IMG/VR virus record: IMGVR_UViG_3300020469_000009
Direction: 5' to 3' (one strand)
Origin: a virus
Length of the DNA stretch: 64,000 nucleotides
The position numbers and the translations under genes are program-made. Of the stretch, positions 1 through 9,669 are shown piece by piece (positions within the stretch are counted from its first letter, which is position 1; the number at the start of each line of letters is the position of its first letter). A model generated the notes under the pieces. The model was not told the origin of the DNA. It saw nothing but the letters and a program-made list of their open reading frames with translations, and did not search any database.

Positions 1-660
1 ACTTGGCATATAGCCAGAGTTTAGGTTAGGGTTTGCAGTAACTGTGTCTACAAATGGGTCATTCACAGGTGTGATTGATCCAGTATCAGTTACGGGGTCA
101 GAGTCAGCAGTGCTAACACCATCATTTTTAGCTCTAGAGACAGCGAATGGATTTCCAGCCGCGTCCGTGTTGCTTCCTGCAGAGTGCGTATTAGGTTTCC
201 CTGTATTAAACGCAGTACCTGAGAAGTTAGAGAACGGTTCGTCGTACATGGCTTCAATACCAAGACCATTACCATCGCCACTAACACCTTCGTTAGTATT
301 GTTGTATCTTGCTCTTAGCGCGAATATAAGACCAGTTGGAGCGTTCATAGGTTGAACACCACATAAGTCAAATGCCATCATTTGTGGAACCGCACGTCTA
401 ACTAGAGATATAATGATAGGGTCATAACCAGCTCGACCAGTAGCGTTTACAGCACTATTCGTGTTTGCTCCACTCATAGCACCACCAAAGCTAGCACCAG
501 ATAAAGAAGCTTCTTCTAAGTTTTGCTCCTCTGCTAATGCCTTCTCTGTATTTTCGAGAACTTGTGCAAGAACAGCTTTCTTATCACGCTCATCTACTTT
601 TGGTAAATCTTCGTGTTCGATTACTGGAGCCCATTTCTCTGTAAGTACGTCGTATGACAT
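1..660 (-). CDS. gp23: Major capsid protein (T4 gp23-like), 5' part; runs off the window start
   Basis: Not in the ORF track. Manual translation from ATG at 660: MSYDVLTEKWAPVIEHEDLP...GYDPIIISLVRRAVPQMMAFDLCGVQPMNAPTGLIFALRARY, the hallmark gp23 segment. AGGAG SD upstream; follows gp22. Confidence 0.97.
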   Translation of the reverse strand, partial: MSYDVLTEKWAPVIEHEDLPKVDERDKKAVLAQVLENTEKALAEEQNLEEASLSGASFGGAMSGANTNSAVNATGRAGYDPIIISLVRRAVPQMMAFDLCGVQPMNAPTGLIFALRARYNNTNEGVSGDGNGLGIEAMYDEPFSNFSGTAFNTGKPNTHSAGSNTDAAGNPFAVSRAKNDGVSTADSDPVTDTGSITPVNDPFVDTVTANPNLNSGYMPS

Positions 661-727
661 GGTTTTTCTCCTAAGTTAATTTAAGTTAGATTATTAATTT
701 TCTTAAAAATCGTTGGTTTTTTCATTC

Positions 728-2722
728 TTATTTAAGTGCAGTTTTAGACAAGTATCTAACGTACTGCGAAACAACTGGGTTTCCAGTTCCTTCTACTTCA
801 GGTTGGCTTTCGCCTTCCTTCCCTGCGAAAACTTCATCACCATAAGATGACAGAGCTTTGGCTGCAGTTTCTGGAGAATCAAAGTAGGACTCTTTGAGAG
901 CCTCTAGCTTCTCTTTGTACTCATTAGTACTACCAGCTTCTACACTGTCTCCCAATTTTTCTAGGCGTATCTTTTGGGTTTCAGTTAAACCTTCACTTAC
1001 TTCAGTAGTAATGTCGGCTTTTTCGTAAGCTAGTACCTTCTCTTGCAGCTTTTCAACAAGTTCGTCTTTCTCACCAATTTGGTCTTTATATCCTTCAACC
1101 GCCTCGGTAAGTTCATCAACAACCTTAATATCATCTTCAGGTATGTCAATGTAATTCTTTTCAAATAGACCTTTAAGGTCTTTTATAAAGTTCTCAGCTA
1201 TTTCTGTTCTTAGAGAATACTTAATTTCTAAAGCATTTTCTTTTAGCCACTCTTCAGTAGCATAGTCAGTATATTTAGAGAACTTTTCTTCTAATTCTTT
1301 GATTCTATCAGCATTTTCAGCTTCTAATTTTTCTTCGATTTCAGAAACTTTAGCATTTACTTTTTCATTTACCGCAGTTTCAAAGACTATAGCAGCTTTA
1401 GATTTGAAATCTTCATCAAGGTCAACATCTTCTTCCATGTCATCCTCTTTTTCATCCATATCTTTTTTCATTTCTTTAGGCTCTTCTTTAGTCTCTTTAA
1501 CGTCATCTTCTTCTTCATCCATGTCGTCTTTAGCCATTTCTTCCATATCTTTTTTCATCTCCTTAGGCTCATCCTCTTCCTCGTCCATATCATCTTTTTT
1601 CATTTCTGATACGCCTTTTTTAGGATCGGAATCATCTTTCATTGGAGTTTCAACTGGGTCTTTACCTTGGTCATGAGGACCTTTATCAGCTTCAGCTTCT
1701 TCTTTATCAACATCGCCTTTAGCCATATCTAAAGTAGCTTTATCTTGCGGTGGTAAATTCTTATCATTAGCATTTTTTTCAATTTCAGTAGGTTGCTTTT
1801 CAGCTTTTACTTCATTAGCATCCTCATCCATTTTTTCGTCTTCTTCTTTTTCCATGTCCTTCATTTCTTTTTTCTCATCGTCTTTATGGGACATTTCTTC
1901 GACTTCTTTAGTTTCTTTCTTTTCGTCTTCTTCCTCGTCCATATCATCTTTTGCCATTTCTTTAACTTCTTCTTTGGCACCATCTTTACGGACTTTAGCT
2001 AAATCAGCTGCGTCGATGTCTCCATCGCCGTCTTTATCTAATTTTTTCTGATCACCTTTAAGCTCTTCTTTTTCCATATCTTTAGACATTTCTTCGACTT
2101 CTTTAGTCTCTTTTTTATCGTCTTTTTTATCTTTGATAGCTTTTTGTAGAGCAGGTGGTAATTTTTTCTGGCCAGCAGATAATTCTTCTTTAACGTCATC
2201 TTCTTCTTCGTCCATGTCGTCTTTTTTCATTTCTTTTGGCTCTTCTTTAGTCTCCTTAACTTCGTCTTCTTCCTCATCCATATCTTTTTCAGCTTCTTCT
2301 TCTTTAGTTTCAGCTACTTTTTTCTTTGGATCAGAATCGTCTTTCATTGGAGTTTCAATAGGGTCTTTTTCTTGGTCGTGAGCAGGTTTATCAGCTTCTA
2401 CTTCAGCAGATTCGTCTCCGCCACCAGTACCTTTATCACCACCTTTGTCAGTCATTGGCTCTGCACCCGTTTCATTTTTATCTGGCTCAGCAGTTGGAGC
2501 GGCCGCTTGTTTATTAGCCAAAGTTTCTTTTTCGTCTGCAGGTAATTCTTTATCGTTGACGTTCTTTTGAACAGTAGTATCTTGGCCCTCAGTGACTTCT
2601 TCCTCTTGAGGGTTTTTGATTTCGTCTTTTTTAGTCATATCAGCTTCTTTTGCTTGAAGGTTTTTCTCCATCAAGTCTTCTATGACTTCAATAAGACCTT
2701 TTTTCTCTTCGTTATCTGACAT
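728..2722 (-). CDS. gp22: Prohead core scaffold protein (gp22-like) with a ~430 aa acidic repetitive N-terminal extension
   Basis: C-terminal DFKSKAAIVFETAV...YATEEWLKEN...IAENFIKDLKGLFEKNYIDIPED is typical of gp22. Located between gp21 and gp23. Confidence 0.92.
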   Translation of the reverse strand: MSDNEEKKGLIEVIEDLMEKNLQAKEADMTKKDEIKNPQEEEVTEGQDTTVQKNVNDKELPADEKETLANKQAAAPTAEPDKNETGAEPMTDKGGDKGTGGGDESAEVEADKPAHDQEKDPIETPMKDDSDPKKKVAETKEEEAEKDMDEEEDEVKETKEEPKEMKKDDMDEEEDDVKEELSAGQKKLPPALQKAIKDKKDDKKETKEVEEMSKDMEKEELKGDQKKLDKDGDGDIDAADLAKVRKDGAKEEVKEMAKDDMDEEEDEKKETKEVEEMSHKDDEKKEMKDMEKEEDEKMDEDANEVKAEKQPTEIEKNANDKNLPPQDKATLDMAKGDVDKEEAEADKGPHDQGKDPVETPMKDDSDPKKGVSEMKKDDMDEEEDEPKEMKKDMEEMAKDDMDEEEDDVKETKEEPKEMKKDMDEKEDDMEEDVDLDEDFKSKAAIVFETAVNEKVNAKVSEIEEKLEAENADRIKELEEKFSKYTDYATEEWLKENALEIKYSLRTEIAENFIKDLKGLFEKNYIDIPEDDIKVVDELTEAVEGYKDQIGEKDELVEKLQEKVLAYEKADITTEVSEGLTETQKIRLEKLGDSVEAGSTNEYKEKLEALKESYFDSPETAAKALSSYGDEVFAGKEGESQPEVEGTGNPVVSQYVRYLSKTALK
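1430..2560 (-). repeat. Imperfect intragenic repeats in the gp22 extension
   Basis: Multiple (K)DDMDEEED(D/E)..KETKE units and two copies of EADK..HDQ.KDP.ETPMKDDSDPKK. Confidence 0.85.
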
Positions 2723-2757
2723 TTTGCTATAGCTCCAAATATTAATTTATTTATTTT

Positions 2758-3408
2758 TTATTGATTCTCTAAGAACCTTTTAAACAATTTTAGTTTTGTA
2801 TTATTTAATTCTCTACGACCGGCCTCAAGCAACTCTTTTCTAGCTTTTTCAAGGTCGATTCTTTGCCATACACCTGACTCATATATCCAATCCGCTTGCT
2901 CATAAACTCCCTCAACGAAAGCCTCTTGAGCAGATGGGTCAAATACAACATCAGCTGCTGTAGTTAAGACAAAATCTTCTTGCACTTCATTATATCCCTG
3001 ACGAGTCATTCTCAAAGAACCTAATCCTCGAGATGAAACACCAATTTTTACGCCATCGTCAAGTAGATTTTCAACGATTTTACCCATTGGAGTACTAAGG
3101 ACTTGTGCTTTTCCTTTATAGTAATAGCCATCTCTAGTTAACTCTTTCGTCATGATAGCCGCTCTTTCAGGGTTTACAACCGGCTCAGCCGGGTGGTTTA
3201 ATTCACCTAGTGCTCTTGACTGGGCGATATAATCTTTTTTATAAGCTTCAACAGCTTTATCCATTACGTGTTGAGGATAAACACGTCCATTTCTATTTTG
3301 TTTTTCTGCTTGTAAGAATGGACCTTGGATAAATTTCCTTTTTTGTTCTTTACCTTCTGTAAGAACTTCAAGGTCATTGAATGAAATATCTTCTTTGATT
3401 AATTTCAT
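2758..3408 (-). CDS. gp21: Prohead maturation protease (gp21)
   Basis: IQGPFLQAEKQNRNGRVYP, ALGELNHP, GVSSRGLGS and DVVFDPSA motifs. Confidence 0.97.
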   Translation of the reverse strand: MKLIKEDISFNDLEVLTEGKEQKRKFIQGPFLQAEKQNRNGRVYPQHVMDKAVEAYKKDYIAQSRALGELNHPAEPVVNPERAAIMTKELTRDGYYYKGKAQVLSTPMGKIVENLLDDGVKIGVSSRGLGSLRMTRQGYNEVQEDFVLTTAADVVFDPSAQEAFVEGVYEQADWIYESGVWQRIDLEKARKELLEAGRRELNNTKLKLFKRFLENQ

Positions 3409-3788
3409 TATTGTCCTCTGAATACGATAACGGCGTTTGGTGATGTACCACTAATGACTACATTGCCTTTTGCTTGTGCAATAGCAACTCCACCAGTCAT
3501 ATTAAAGTCCCATTTACCAGTAGCAAAAACTTTGCCGTCAATAGTAATTGCATTAGGACCCATATTAACTACAGATTCCATTTTAATTGGTCTCATATAA
3601 TGATTGATATTTTTTTCATCTGAGTCTGATGCTGGTGATTGGCCTGGACCGTAAATATTTTTTACTTGATAAGTAAATGTAAATGCATCTGAATCAAGTG
3701 TTGCAGCAGTGTCTATATGATAGACTACTCTGTTTCCTTGTGATGAACCTTGAATCCCTACGGATTTACTAACAACTGTATTTGCCAT
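3408..3788 (-). CDS. Hypothetical 126 aa protein, probably a virion/head protein (2 DSD motifs)
   Basis: Lies in the head operon, has its own late promoter (3793-3800), beta-rich composition. Confidence 0.6.
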   Translation of the reverse strand: MANTVVSKSVGIQGSSQGNRVVYHIDTAATLDSDAFTFTYQVKNIYGPGQSPASDSDEKNINHYMRPIKMESVVNMGPNAITIDGKVFATGKWDFNMTGGVAIAQAKGNVVISGTSPNAVIVFRGQ

Positions 3789-3803
3789 ATCTTATTTATT
3801 CCT

Positions 3804-4550
3804 TTAAGTACCTGAGTAATTACGTGACCTTGTACTTACTCTTTTTTTAGTAATTCTTGATTTTAGTGCAGCTAGTTTCTTTTTACCTGCTCCCATTGCT
3901 CGTTTTGCTCTTTTTAGTTTGATGCCTGTTCTACGTAATCTAGCTTTTTGTGTACCAGTTTGAGGTATACATCTATTACCCTGTAATCTAGTTCCTTTTG
4001 GACATCTTTTTCTTTTTGTAATTCTTCCTTTAGACCTTCTAAAAATAACTCTTGCTCTACCTGGTTGTGCTTCATCAAATGTAGTCATCCCATCTTCTAA
4101 TGGGTCATCCATACTTTCTGGTAAATCTTGGTCTACTAAATCAAATGAATCAGCAAACATAGCATCTTTGATTTTTAAGTAATTATTAACACCATCATCA
4201 TAATAGTCTCTCATACCATCAATTTCAAATTCTACATCCATTATTTCGCCATACTCATCAGGTATAAAATCGTAATAAGTTTCTGGACATGAACAATCAT
4301 CATCGTCATCTGGACAATCACATATAGTATCATTTAAATCAGTTTCTAATTTTTCATCCAATTCAATTTCATAATCAAATTGTACTACTTCTTGAAACTT
4401 TTCAATAGATACTTCATCATGTATTTCTTGTAATACATCTTCATTTATAATGTGGTCTGGTTTTACTTCAATACCTTCAGATACCTGTGCCTTTACTTTA
4501 GCACGGTGTTCGTCAAACTTATTTTGTTTCCAGTTTCTAAGATTGCTCAT
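3804..4550 (-). CDS. Prohead core protein, gp68-like, with an acidic Cys-containing N-terminal extension
   Basis: Very basic C-terminus (KRKRCPKG...ARLRRTGIKLKRAKRAMG) and position between the gp67-like gene and gp21. Confidence 0.6.
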   Translation of the reverse strand: MSNLRNWKQNKFDEHRAKVKAQVSEGIEVKPDHIINEDVLQEIHDEVSIEKFQEVVQFDYEIELDEKLETDLNDTICDCPDDDDDCSCPETYYDFIPDEYGEIMDVEFEIDGMRDYYDDGVNNYLKIKDAMFADSFDLVDQDLPESMDDPLEDGMTTFDEAQPGRARVIFRRSKGRITKRKRCPKGTRLQGNRCIPQTGTQKARLRRTGIKLKRAKRAMGAGKKKLAALKSRITKKRVSTRSRNYSGT

Positions 4551-4716
4551 CAGTTTCTACTTGTTTTGTTTCTGTTTCTGCCTCAGGAGAAATCATTTCT
4601 TTTGCCATTTCCGCTTTCATATCAGCTAGTTTCTCAAAAGCTTTTTGGTCTAATTTCTCTTTCGCATCAGACTTGAAACCTTGTTCGTCATTTAATAGTT
4701 CTTTAAGTCCACTCAT
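4537..4716 (-). CDS. Small prohead core protein, gp67-like (59 aa)
   Basis: Below the ORF-track cutoff. Manual translation MSGLKELLNDEQGFKSDAKEKLDQKAFEKLADMKAEMAKEMISPEAETETKQVETDEQS*. Perfect TATAAATA 4 nt upstream; syntenic position. Confidence 0.7.
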   Translation of the reverse strand: MSGLKELLNDEQGFKSDAKEKLDQKAFEKLADMKAEMAKEMISPEAETETKQVETDEQS

Positions 4717-4720
4717 AATT

Positions 4721-4728
4721 TATTTATA
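4721..4728 (-). promoter_or_regulatory. T4-type late promoter TATAAATA
   Basis: Perfect consensus, 4 nt upstream of ATG 4716. Confidence 0.85.
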
Positions 4729-4733
4729 CTCCC

Positions 4734-5723
4734 TTAGCCTCTTATCATATCCATCTCCAATTGGAGATTTTGTTTTAATTGTTCTTCAAGCTCGTCTTTT
4801 TCACCTTTACCTTCATCATAGAGAGCTTGACCATTTAACTGAACACCACCTGGTAATTCAGTATTCTCATACTTTTTCAAGTTTGAGCCCCACTGCATCT
4901 TTAATAATGCAGATGAATACTTTTTAATCCATATATCATTGTAAACATCGCCATATATCTCAGGGTCAGTTGCTTCATAACATTCAATTAAGAAGAACTC
5001 TCCTTTTTTAGGACGTTTCCAATCAATATCTAAATAAAGTCTGTTTTTAGCTTTACTAAATCTAATTGCTGGTGATGTGTTTAATAAGAAATCTATATGT
5101 TCAACATACATTTTTTGTATGTAATATCCAGTAATTCCTGAACCAGCTGCATTACCATAGAATGCATCAAAGTTATTTAAGAAGTATTGATATTCATAAT
5201 TGTACATTCCAGATTGAGCAAAGCTATCTACTTTTGATACTCTAGATATTTGTATGATATTTTCTGGTACTCTTATTCCTACTTGTCCACCTTCAACTAA
5301 TGCATATGAATCTCTTAAGTACAATTGTTCTTTTGTGTAATTTTTTCTGAATACTTTATTATCTGAGTCTAATGCAAGGTCACTATCTGTTTTTACATAA
5401 ACATTAAAACCAGAATCTGAATCTGTATTTTTACTTGGATTGTGAAATACTCTTGCACCTTTTTTATATTCAGAATCATGATTGAAAACTGGTGCTGTAA
5501 TATCTTGATGACGTCTTTGATTTTCAGCTATTACTTTAGCATTTACTTCTAATACTCTATAAGTTCTTTCATTACCGTCATAGTGATACTCTTGATACAT
5601 TTTAATTGCATCATCGATACAGTCTTCTAATTGCACATCAGATACTTCTACGTTTACAACAGGTGCTCCACACCTACGTAGCATATAATCAGCTAAACTT
5701 TGTTTACTTTTCGGTAGTGCCAT
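4734..5723 (-). CDS. gp13: Neck protein (gp13-like) with a DSD-rich insertion
   Basis: YMLRRCGAPVVNVEVSDVQLEDCIDDAI...YHYDG; WIKKYSSAL.K.QWG.NL.KY...LPGGVQLNG. Confidence 0.93.
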   Translation of the reverse strand: MALPKSKQSLADYMLRRCGAPVVNVEVSDVQLEDCIDDAIKMYQEYHYDGNERTYRVLEVNAKVIAENQRRHQDITAPVFNHDSEYKKGARVFHNPSKNTDSDSGFNVYVKTDSDLALDSDNKVFRKNYTKEQLYLRDSYALVEGGQVGIRVPENIIQISRVSKVDSFAQSGMYNYEYQYFLNNFDAFYGNAAGSGITGYYIQKMYVEHIDFLLNTSPAIRFSKAKNRLYLDIDWKRPKKGEFFLIECYEATDPEIYGDVYNDIWIKKYSSALLKMQWGSNLKKYENTELPGGVQLNGQALYDEGKGEKDELEEQLKQNLQLEMDMIRG

Positions 5724-7236
5724 CTATATTTTCCCGTGATTCACTGTACATGTCCATTTGGTCATCTTCAGTATTTATTTGACCTCCATCGATCTCTTTC
5801 ATTATTTCACGGTCAATCCTAGCAATATCGTCTTCAGACTGGGCTAAGATGATTTTTCGCACATATTCAATAGAGAAATATTTACCAACATATTCAGTAG
5901 CATCTCTTAATAGATTCATCCTGTCAGTTAGTAGTTCTACATCTTTAAGTTCTTTAAAGTGTGTGTCTTCTATGAAATCAAATGTAATATGAGTTCTCAT
6001 ATCATCAAATTCTTCAGCAGTACAAATACCTTTTAATGAACATTGTACTCTTAGTATTTCATTAAACAATTCACCAAATTGTTTCTTTAATCTAGCTACA
6101 AACTTACCAAATTTAAGTTCATCTCTTGAAATATCAGAAGCTCTACCAATTTGGAATGCTGTATCAGCACCATTTACTCTTGATAAAGGAACGTTAAGAG
6201 CTTCATATAATTTGTTTTTAAAATATATGATATCATCGAGGTCACCTAGATTTTGGCCACCAGGTAAAGTGGTAATCTCTGTTGCTCTTCCGTCTCTTCT
6301 TGGTAGCCAAAAATCTTCCAAGACACTCATAAATTTACGACTGTCCCTGATAGCACCAGTGACTGGGTCATAATCTATTTTGTTTCTAAATCTGTTTTGC
6401 ATATCTCTAAGATACTGCTCTGCTTTTATCTTTGGTAAATTACCAACATCAATATAGAATATTCTTCTTTCTGGAGCTCTTGCTATTCTGTAAACAATTA
6501 ATGAGTCTTCCATAGACCTTAAGTTATTGAATGCTTTTACAGCTTTATCTAAATAACCTATAATCATACCTTTATTTTTATCTACTATACCAGATGGACA
6601 GAATACTACAGAGTCTTTTGATAACTTAACTGCTGCACCCATATCACCATCAGGTGAAAATTCAAAATGTTCTTCTATATCTTCTAAGAAAGGCATTCCT
6701 GTTTTAATATTTTTTGAATAGATAGGTTTAATTACTCTTTTCATTTTAAGAGCATCAATAGGTCTTAATTCTTGTATACCGTCTTTTGGACTTTTTGCAT
6801 CTATGATTACTTGATAATATAATCTACCATCAACATACCACTGTCTAAATGTTTCATAAGATTTTTTCTGAAATCTTACTAACTCTAATATTTTTTGGAA
6901 TTCTGTTCTAATAAGCTCTTTAATTCGGTCATCCATATTTAGATTATCTAACCTAATTGATACAGGAGCTCTATCATGTTCTACTACAAAAGCTTCATTA
7001 ACAATATCATCAATAGCCATATCAGCTTCTGGATAAAGTGCTACTTCTCTATATGTAGATATAAGGGCGTGTTCGGTTCTGGCTTTATCGTCTTGTTCAT
7101 ACGTATAGCCTATACGTCCACCTACCGGTAAATCGGTTCCATCGTCTAATTGAACCGGTACTGGAGAGGGTATTTTAGGTGATTTTTCTGGTGATATTAA
7201 CTCAAAGCCAAATAAATCTTCTTTTTGTTCTGCCAT
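5704..7236 (-). CDS. gp20: Portal vertex protein (gp20)
   Basis: WYVDGRLYY, YRIARAPERRIFYIDVGNLPK, EDFWLPRRDG...TEITTLPGGQNLG. Confidence 0.98.
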   Translation of the reverse strand: MAEQKEDLFGFELISPEKSPKIPSPVPVQLDDGTDLPVGGRIGYTYEQDDKARTEHALISTYREVALYPEADMAIDDIVNEAFVVEHDRAPVSIRLDNLNMDDRIKELIRTEFQKILELVRFQKKSYETFRQWYVDGRLYYQVIIDAKSPKDGIQELRPIDALKMKRVIKPIYSKNIKTGMPFLEDIEEHFEFSPDGDMGAAVKLSKDSVVFCPSGIVDKNKGMIIGYLDKAVKAFNNLRSMEDSLIVYRIARAPERRIFYIDVGNLPKIKAEQYLRDMQNRFRNKIDYDPVTGAIRDSRKFMSVLEDFWLPRRDGRATEITTLPGGQNLGDLDDIIYFKNKLYEALNVPLSRVNGADTAFQIGRASDISRDELKFGKFVARLKKQFGELFNEILRVQCSLKGICTAEEFDDMRTHITFDFIEDTHFKELKDVELLTDRMNLLRDATEYVGKYFSIEYVRKIILAQSEDDIARIDREIMKEIDGGQINTEDDQMDMYSESRENIDGTTEK

Positions 7237-7304
7237 GTTTCTCCTAACACTGTTTTGTCATAATATGCCGCTTTAGTATTATACTAAAACGTACGCAATA
7301 ATTC

Positions 7305-7871
7305 TTAACCGACGTTGTCGGTAGTGTTCGAAGTCCAGAATTGATATCTGATAGTTGCAGAGAACTCTGAGATTGTATCGGCTGTGTCAAACGATACATC
7401 AATTGGATCGATTGTAGTCGGGAAACAACCACGTAGAACTATTGATTTATTCACTTGGCCATCTTTGCCGATTTGCTCGACAGTCCAATCTTGAACGAAT
7501 GAAGCAAAATCAGTAGCATCAATTCCGCCCGCCGAAGTATTACCAACATGCGTATTAATATTATTACTCCATGATTCCATTGCATTTCTTATAGCAAAGT
7601 TGTTATCATTAATCACGGTTATCGTCCAAGGTTGAAATTTTCTATCACCTGGTAGATATAATTCTCTTCCACGGTAAGGAACCATAATCTCTGATAATTC
7701 AGAACCAGGTAATTGTGCTGTTTTAATCATGAATGAACCAAGTTGTACTAGTCCAAGCCCAGTTGAATCTGTATTAGTGATTCCAGCTGGAAATTGTGGT
7801 ATTACTCTAAATTGGTTGGCTCTTGCGCCACCACCGATTAAAGCTGCTTTAAAATCATCTATTCTTGCCAT
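7305..7871 (-). CDS. gp19: Tail tube protein (gp19)
   Basis: GGGARANQFRV, LPGS...VPYRGR...GDRKFQPWTITVIND; follows the sheath gene. Confidence 0.95.
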   Translation of the reverse strand: MARIDDFKAALIGGGARANQFRVIPQFPAGITNTDSTGLGLVQLGSFMIKTAQLPGSELSEIMVPYRGRELYLPGDRKFQPWTITVINDNNFAIRNAMESWSNNINTHVGNTSAGGIDATDFASFVQDWTVEQIGKDGQVNKSIVLRGCFPTTIDPIDVSFDTADTISEFSATIRYQFWTSNTTDNVG

Positions 7872-7875
7872 TCTA

Positions 7876-9669
7876 TTATGCTCCTGCTACCTCTTCAAAA
7901 CTAACTCCACTTCGTACTGCTACAAAGTTAAGTGTAATGAAGTTTATTGAACGATTCGGTTTGATGTAGATATCAGCCACGAATCTGTTTCCATCGATTA
8001 CTGCTGCCGTGTTGTTTGAAGCATCACAGACTACTTTAAAGTCCGTCATTCCTCGTCTTGACTTAACATCTGCTAAGAACGGCTCTACCGCGGCTACGAA
8101 ATTTGCTCTTGTGAAATCATCATTGAATTCAAACAATTGGAACTTAGCAGCTGTAGCAATTGCTTTTTCTAATACAATGAATAACCTTCTAACATTAATT
8201 CTATCAAATGCTGATGGTTTGCTTAATGCTGTTTTATCACCAAATAGTAATGTTCCCTGTCCTTTAAATGTAACGACTGGGTTAACTCTAGATTTGTATA
8301 ATTCATCTCTTTCAGCTTGTGAAGGATTATATTGTAATTTAACTACGTTTTTGTAGAATCCTCTGTTTAAACCAGCTGGTGAGAACCAAGCATCATTAGT
8401 AAATTCTGCTCTTGCTGTGACTCCTGCAGTATCTGGATTTAAAGGCATATTAAAGAACTCGTCATTATATCTATCATATTGACGTTTCCAACCTGAATCA
8501 AATACTCCGTATGAGTTTGAATTCCAATCTGAGAAATAATCAACTATTTTTCTAGCTGATGGACTGTTTACAGCCACTGTTTCAGATGGTGATATAAATG
8601 CCATTGCATCTTTTCTTGCTTTAGCACCAGCCATTACATATTTACCGACTGTAGTGCTATGTTCACCAGTTATTAATAAGTTTACATCTTCAGTTTCAGC
8701 ATCTAGTAATTTATCGTATGCTGCCATGATTGCTCCATCTGTGACAGCTGAACCATCATTACCATTCTTAAGCAGTGCTTTATAGATTGGTGTACCTGAA
8801 GTTTCAGATGGTAAATCTGAATCATATGTTCTTTTCAATGTAGCAAATGAACCTCTTGCAATAGAAGTAATAGTTGCACCTGGAGTATAATTAGCTCCAC
8901 CTGCGCCTGTTGCTGTAGTACCAAAGTTATTTACTAAGTATACCCATTGTGATTGATCGTTTACTTTATTTACAAAGAAGTTATTAGCATTGTTTCCATC
9001 TTTACTGTTTGCAGCTTTTGATAGGAAAGAATAAGTTTCTAATACTTCGTTTGCTGTGCCAGTAGGTCTATCATTTAATGTGTAAACCATTACGTGGCAT
9101 TCGTCTCTTAAATCTGAATCATAAGTTTTTGCCCAGTCAGATGTGCCTGGTACTGCATCAAAGTAATCTCTAAGTTTAACACTACCAAATACGTTTGTTG
9201 TATTATATGTATCTGAATCTAGTTGACTGTCTACAATTAGTACACCAATATCATTACCAAGACTACCTGGGAATCTTGCATATACGTTTGATGTTAAACC
9301 TGTTTTGTCTGATGAAAAATCATTTTCGTTTTGAATATTAGCATCTGAATCTACTGCATTATCAGAGTCACCCATTGATGCGTTTAAAGCTCCAGTTGCT
9401 GATGCACGAACTACTTTACAAGCATTTGCATAAGATAAGAAATTAGCTGCAGCATACCAATCATCTCTGACGTATCCTGCGTTAGTGCCTTTTCTCGGCT
9501 GTCCGTGTTTGTTTAATAAATCTTGCTCTGAAGATATTAATGTGACTTCATTTACAGGACCCCACTCGAAACGTCCTGCAAAACCACCAATCGACGTGGC
9601 GACGGCTGGTACAATATTTGTAAGGTCTGTTTCTTTGACCTGTACTCCTGGGCTTACTAGAAATGCCAT
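7876..9669 (-). CDS. gp18: Contractile tail sheath protein (gp18)
   Basis: MAFLVSPGVQVKETDLT, FEWGP, WFSPAGLNRG, FDRINVRRLF. Confidence 0.98.
   Translation of the reverse strand: MAFLVSPGVQVKETDLTNIVPAVATSIGGFAGRFEWGPVNEVTLISSEQDLLNKHGQPRKGTNAGYVRDDWYAAANFLSYANACKVVRASATGALNASMGDSDNAVDSDANIQNENDFSSDKTGLTSNVYARFPGSLGNDIGVLIVDSQLDSDTYNTTNVFGSVKLRDYFDAVPGTSDWAKTYDSDLRDECHVMVYTLNDRPTGTANEVLETYSFLSKAANSKDGNNANNFFVNKVNDQSQWVYLVNNFGTTATGAGGANYTPGATITSIARGSFATLKRTYDSDLPSETSGTPIYKALLKNGNDGSAVTDGAIMAAYDKLLDAETEDVNLLITGEHSTTVGKYVMAGAKARKDAMAFISPSETVAVNSPSARKIVDYFSDWNSNSYGVFDSGWKRQYDRYNDEFFNMPLNPDTAGVTARAEFTNDAWFSPAGLNRGFYKNVVKLQYNPSQAERDELYKSRVNPVVTFKGQGTLLFGDKTALSKPSAFDRINVRRLFIVLEKAIATAAKFQLFEFNDDFTRANFVAAVEPFLADVKSRRGMTDFKVVCDASNNTAAVIDGNRFVADIYIKPNRSINFITLNFVAVRSGVSFEEVAGA

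Noticed and set aside
1430-2560. Repeats that could be mistaken for a CRISPR array or minisatellite
   Set aside because: Imperfect, in-frame, codon-degenerate repeats within gp22; no constant repeat-spacer structure.
7244-7304. Inverted repeat TTTAGTAT-T-ATACTAAA and a TATAAT between gp19 and gp20
   Set aside because: AT-only stem, no U-tract and no well-spaced -35; not supportable as a terminator or promoter.
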